Shown: positions 60,245-64,000 of the stretch, piece after piece
How the letters are laid out: each line of letters starts with the position of its first letter
Numbering within the stretch: the first letter of the stretch is position 1
NCBI GenBank assembly: GCA_963701575.1
Contig: CAVPAQ010000009.1
Span: forward strand, 14,607-78,606
Reading direction: 5' to 3'
DNA: 64,000 nt
Source of the DNA: an uncultured Acidimicrobiaceae bacterium
GTDB lineage: Bacteria; Actinomycetota; Acidimicrobiia; Acidimicrobiales; Ilumatobacteraceae
The notes under the pieces: model-generated
Database searches by the model: none
The model's input: the letters and a program-made list of their open reading frames with translations, nothing else
Told to the model about the DNA's origin: nothing
Made by a program: the position numbers and the translations under genes

Positions 60245-61378
60245 ATGAGCGACGACCCGGCTCGGTCCGCTGAACTCACGGCCGATGAACGGGCGGCTGC
60301 CCGGGCATTCGTCGCCCGCTGCGAGGTGCGGCTCTCGACCCTGCATCGCATTGCGGTCGGGATGCTGTCGGGAGCGGGCCTGCTCGTGGTGCTTCCGGTG
60401 GTGGCTCGCGATTCGGTGACCGGCATGCTGCGCTCGCTGCTGATCGAACGGATCGGTGCCATCGATGTGCTGCTGACGATCGCAGTGATCGCAATGCTGG
60501 GCGTTCCGGCAGTTGCACTGTGGTTGCTGTTCGCCGACCTGACGCGGTTCTACTTCCATGCGAACCATCTCGGCAGCGATGGCAACGAGGTGTTCACCCC
60601 CCGCTTCACCCTGACCTCGCTGCAGTTACCCTCCGACGAACTCGGCCAGGGGGCCGCCGACGAGCTGGACCGCATCAGGCGTGATCCCCGCGTCGTCGAA
60701 CTGCTGGTGCCGACCAACGATGCGTCGCGGCGGCGCATCGACCGCCAGCTCGACGTGTACGGCGGGCTCGGCTCGGACGCGAGCGACCGGGATGCGAATG
60801 CCGACGTGGCGCGCGCGAACGGGCTGTTCGCGCTGGCCGCTTCGCGATCGCGTCCCCTGCTCGAAGAAGTCGCCAAGATCGAGCACGGGATGGCTCGCCA
60901 CGTGCTGAAACTGCGCGGCCTGGTGCTGCGCTACGTGAAGGCACTGCTCGCGCTGTTGACGACTGCGGTCGCCGTGTACTGCGGCGATGCAGTCGTCGAC
61001 GGTCTCGACGATGGGCGGTCGATGTCCGCTTCGGGCGGCATGTGGTTGGCAGCGATCGCACTGGTGTGGGCACCGCTCGTGGTGCTCGCGGTCACCTCGC
61101 CCGTGCGCTGGATCGAGCGCCTGATGCGCGCCGACGGCGCCGGGTCGACGGCTGTGGCCAACGATCCCGAGCTGACCTTCATCGAGCGGGTGTCGCTGCG
61201 GATCGCCGCCATCGGTTGGCTGAGCGCGGCGACCGCCATGGTCCTCTCCCTCACGGATGCTTCGATCGTGGCCGCTGATCGGTGGGCGGGCCTCGCCGTC
61301 CTGTCGGCGTCTGTGCTCGCGGTCGGAGCAGCGGCCTTCACCGGCCGCTTCCGCACGCTTGCCCGCATCAACCTCTGA
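60245..61378 (+). CDS. Hypothetical multi-pass membrane protein
   Basis: Coding-like frame with about 6 hydrophobic segments, 11 bp after ettA. Confidence 0.75.
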   Translation: MSDDPARSAELTADERAAARAFVARCEVRLSTLHRIAVGMLSGAGLLVVLPVVARDSVTGMLRSLLIERIGAIDVLLTIAVIAMLGVPAVALWLLFADLTRFYFHANHLGSDGNEVFTPRFTLTSLQLPSDELGQGAADELDRIRRDPRVVELLVPTNDASRRRIDRQLDVYGGLGSDASDRDANADVARANGLFALAASRSRPLLEEVAKIEHGMARHVLKLRGLVLRYVKALLALLTTAVAVYCGDAVVDGLDDGRSMSASGGMWLAAIALVWAPLVVLAVTSPVRWIERLMRADGAGSTAVANDPELTFIERVSLRIAAIGWLSAATAMVLSLTDASIVAADRWAGLAVLSASVLAVGAAAFTGRFRTLARINL

Positions 61379-62056
61379 TCAAGCCGGTCCGACCCTTCGG
61401 TACAGCAGATCGGTGACGGTTCGACCGACCGCGACTCCCTTCGCCTCGTAACGCGTCACGGGTCGCCAGTCGGGCCGGTCGATCACTCCCCCGACGAGTT
61501 CGAGGTGAGCGTCACAGGTCCGTCGAGTCTCAGCGGCGTACTCGTCGATGTCGGTGGCGACGTGCAGCGTGCCTCCCGTTCGCAACAGCGCGACGAACCG
61601 GTCGACATTGGCAGCGCTGGTGATGCGGCGATGGCGGTGGCGGGCCTTGGGCCACGGATCCGGAAAGTAGATACGGACGTGCGCGAGCGAACCCGGCGGT
61701 AATCGGGCCAGGAACACGAGGGCGTCGCCGTGCACGAGTCGCACGTTCGACAATCCCATCGACTCGATCCGCGCCAGCGTCGAGGCGATGCCAGGTGTGT
61801 GCACATCGGCGCCGATCACATCGACGGCCGAGTCGGCCGCGGCAGCTGTCGTGAGCGAGTCGCCGAACCCGATCCCGACGTCGAGCGCGACTGCCCCGTC
61901 GCGACCGAACACCTCGGTCAGGTCGAGCTGCCCGCCCTCCTCGTCGAGACACCACAGCGGCGCGAGCCGCTCGAACAACTCGGCGCGCGCCGGCGTCAGC
62001 TGCCGCCGGCGGGGCTTGAACGTTCGGAAGTCGGGACCACGACGCTCGTCGGTCAC
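61379..62056 (-). CDS. trmB: tRNA (guanine-N7)-methyltransferase TrmB
   Basis: LDVGIGFG, FPDPWPKARH..RR, LHVATD, TRYE. Confidence 0.9.
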   Translation of the reverse strand: MTDERRGPDFRTFKPRRRQLTPARAELFERLAPLWCLDEEGGQLDLTEVFGRDGAVALDVGIGFGDSLTTAAAADSAVDVIGADVHTPGIASTLARIESMGLSNVRLVHGDALVFLARLPPGSLAHVRIYFPDPWPKARHRHRRITSAANVDRFVALLRTGGTLHVATDIDEYAAETRRTCDAHLELVGGVIDRPDWRPVTRYEAKGVAVGRTVTDLLYRRVGPA

Positions 62057-63021
62057 GACTGGGTGCTCAAGAATTTGTCCATGAGGTGTCGACCTGCCGT
62101 GATCGGAGCGTGGGTCGCCACCTCGCCGGGCCCGAGACACGTCGGCAGACATTCGATCACGGCGTCCCAGTTGGCGTTGTGGAAGAACGCGAGCGACTGC
62201 CGGCTGCAGTCACGATCGGGGTCGGTGGACGGCACCACGACCCGATGGAGCGTGCTGCGCCAACGATCGTTCGTCCAACGCTCGAGCGCGTCGCCCACGT
62301 TCACGACGTAGGCCCCGGCGACGGCTGGGACGTCGTGCCAGGAACCGTTGACATCGCGGACCTGGAGACCACCGGGCGCATCGTCCTGACGTAGCAGCGT
62401 CAGCGTGCCGTAGTCGCTGTGGGCGCCTGCCCGCAGTTGGCCCGCTTCGATCGAACGATCACCGAGATCGGGGTAGTGCAGCAAACGCAGCGCCGAGGTG
62501 TGGCGATCGATGTACGGCACGAAGTGGTCGGCGTCGAGGCCCAGTCCGAGCGCCATCAACGACATCACGCGTTCCACCAACACCGCGAGCGCGTCGTAGT
62601 AGGTGCGCATCACCCGCTCCATGCCGGGCAATGCTGCGGGCCAGAGCGACGGCGAGAGCACGAACGCGGCTGCAGCGTCCGACACGCCGCGAGTCGGCAG
62701 CTGCTCCTGGGATCCGATCGAGAACGTCTCCTTCAGGTCGGGAGGGGTCTCCGTCCCCAGGCTCGCCGCCAGCCGTTCGACCTGGAATGGGCCGTAGCCG
62801 TAGGCGGCGCCGGGAGGGATGGCGACCGCCATCTTGTCGGCGAGCGGCAGCCGGAAGAACGCAGCGGCCGACTCCCAGGCGGCCGACTCGACCTGCGGAT
62901 CGAGTTCGTGCCCGACGATCTGGAAGAAGCCGACCTCGCGGCAAGCCCGATCGATCGCGGCTCCGACCGATGCGGGGTCGTCGCGCACATCGACGACGGG
63001 GACCAACCCCGCCGAACCCAT
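62053..63021 (-). CDS. IPNS-family 2OG-Fe(II) dioxygenase
   Basis: GFFQIVGH, DLKE, HSDYG, HRV, RQS motifs. Confidence 0.9.
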   Translation of the reverse strand: MGSAGLVPVVDVRDDPASVGAAIDRACREVGFFQIVGHELDPQVESAAWESAAAFFRLPLADKMAVAIPPGAAYGYGPFQVERLAASLGTETPPDLKETFSIGSQEQLPTRGVSDAAAAFVLSPSLWPAALPGMERVMRTYYDALAVLVERVMSLMALGLGLDADHFVPYIDRHTSALRLLHYPDLGDRSIEAGQLRAGAHSDYGTLTLLRQDDAPGGLQVRDVNGSWHDVPAVAGAYVVNVGDALERWTNDRWRSTLHRVVVPSTDPDRDCSRQSLAFFHNANWDAVIECLPTCLGPGEVATHAPITAGRHLMDKFLSTQS

Positions 63022-63029
63022 CGCGCGCG

Positions 63030-63878
63030 CTACTCCCCGTACTCGTGTTCCGGCGCAGGGTAGGCGCCGGATTCGACGTCTTCTCGGTACGCGGTCGCGG
63101 CGTCGAGCAGTGTCTGCGCGATGTCGGCATACTGCTTGACGAACTTCGGAATCCGGCCGCGGGTGAAACCGGCCCAATCGCTCCACACCAACAGCTGCCC
63201 GTCGCAGTCGGGGCCCGCACCCACGGAGATCGTGGGGATCCCGAGCGCCTTGGTGACCTGACCGGCGACCGCCGACGGCACCATCTCCATCACGACTGCG
63301 AACGCGCCGGCGTCCTCGACGGCGTGAGCGTCGGCCAGGAGCGCATCGGCACCCTCACCACGCCCCTGGATGATGTGGCCGCCCAGCCCGTGCTCGCTCT
63401 GCGGGGTGAACCCGATGTGAGCCATCACCGGGATGCCGGCGCGGACGATGCGTTTGATCTGCTTGGCACTGCGCACACCTCCCTCGAGCTTCACGGCGTG
63501 GGCGCCCGTCTCCTTCATGAACCGGATCGCCGAGGCGAGCGCCTCGTCGGGGCCGTTCTCGTACGAGCCGAACGGCAGGTCGGCCACCACCAACGCCCGG
63601 CTGGCACCGCGCACGACAGCGCGCGTCAACGGGATCAGCTCGTCGAGTGTGACCGGGATCGTCGTGTCGTACCCGAACACCGTGTTGCCCGCCGAGTCGC
63701 CGACCAACAGGAAGTCGATCCCCGCCTCGTCGAAGATCGACGCCGACAGGAAGTCGTAGCTGGTCAAACCGGTGATCTTGATGCCCTGCTCTTTGGCCCG
63801 TTGGAAGTGACGCGTCCGCACCCGCTTCAATGCCGGATCGCTGGTCGTGCCACCGTAGGGCCGCTGCTCGTCGCTCAC
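63030..63878 (-). CDS. panB: 3-methyl-2-oxobutanoate hydroxymethyltransferase
   Basis: [34 protein letters not shown]. Confidence 0.96.
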   Translation of the reverse strand: MSDEQRPYGGTTSDPALKRVRTRHFQRAKEQGIKITGLTSYDFLSASIFDEAGIDFLLVGDSAGNTVFGYDTTIPVTLDELIPLTRAVVRGASRALVVADLPFGSYENGPDEALASAIRFMKETGAHAVKLEGGVRSAKQIKRIVRAGIPVMAHIGFTPQSEHGLGGHIIQGRGEGADALLADAHAVEDAGAFAVVMEMVPSAVAGQVTKALGIPTISVGAGPDCDGQLLVWSDWAGFTRGRIPKFVKQYADIAQTLLDAATAYREDVESGAYPAPEHEYGE

Positions 63879-64000
63879 GGTGCCACCGTAGACGCCAGGG
63901 CCGAAGCCGTGAAACACGCCGTCACAACTCGGAGCGCTCTGCGTCGAGCGACCCGCCGAGCGGGCTCTCGTCGACCGGGAACCACCGCAGCGGCGTCCGG

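Overview
High-GC actinobacterial chromosomal window. Gene content and protein style suggest Acidimicrobiia/Ilumatobacter-like (inference). It has about 60 real genes; most other long ORFs in the track are antisense or alternate-frame shadows. Main contents: (1) a SUF Fe-S assembly system split into three units (sufC1-sufS-sufU; sufD-Rieske ferredoxin-sufC2; sufB), with two divergent SufC paralogues. All three units share a 26-bp palindromic operator-like motif (nTTTnnnCTA-N6-TAGTnnnAAT) over their promoters. (2) An accessory patch at 4.1-9.7 kb: orphan m6A methyltransferase, DinB-family protein, frameshifted IS110 remnant with its non-coding end, AlkZ-like glycosylase, DUF222-HNH gene and a 37-bp tandem duplication. 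(3) A ~21-kb amine/methylated-amine catabolic cluster (28.3-49.4 kb): Pot-like ABC transporter, two Rieske oxygenases, class III and V aminotransferases, methyltransferases, a flavin amine oxidase, a PYROXD2-like flavoprotein coupled to a GcvT-like protein, and two TetR regulators. (4) A SARP/BTAD-ATPase regulator between a sortase-anchored four-repeat protein and a frameshifted lipoprotein gene preceded by 11-bp-phased direct repeats. (5) A LexA-boxed DUF222-HNH gene and the housekeeping genes ptrB, htpX-like, ettA, trmB and panB. No rRNA, tRNA or CRISPR array was seen. All family calls come from motif recognition, not database searches.
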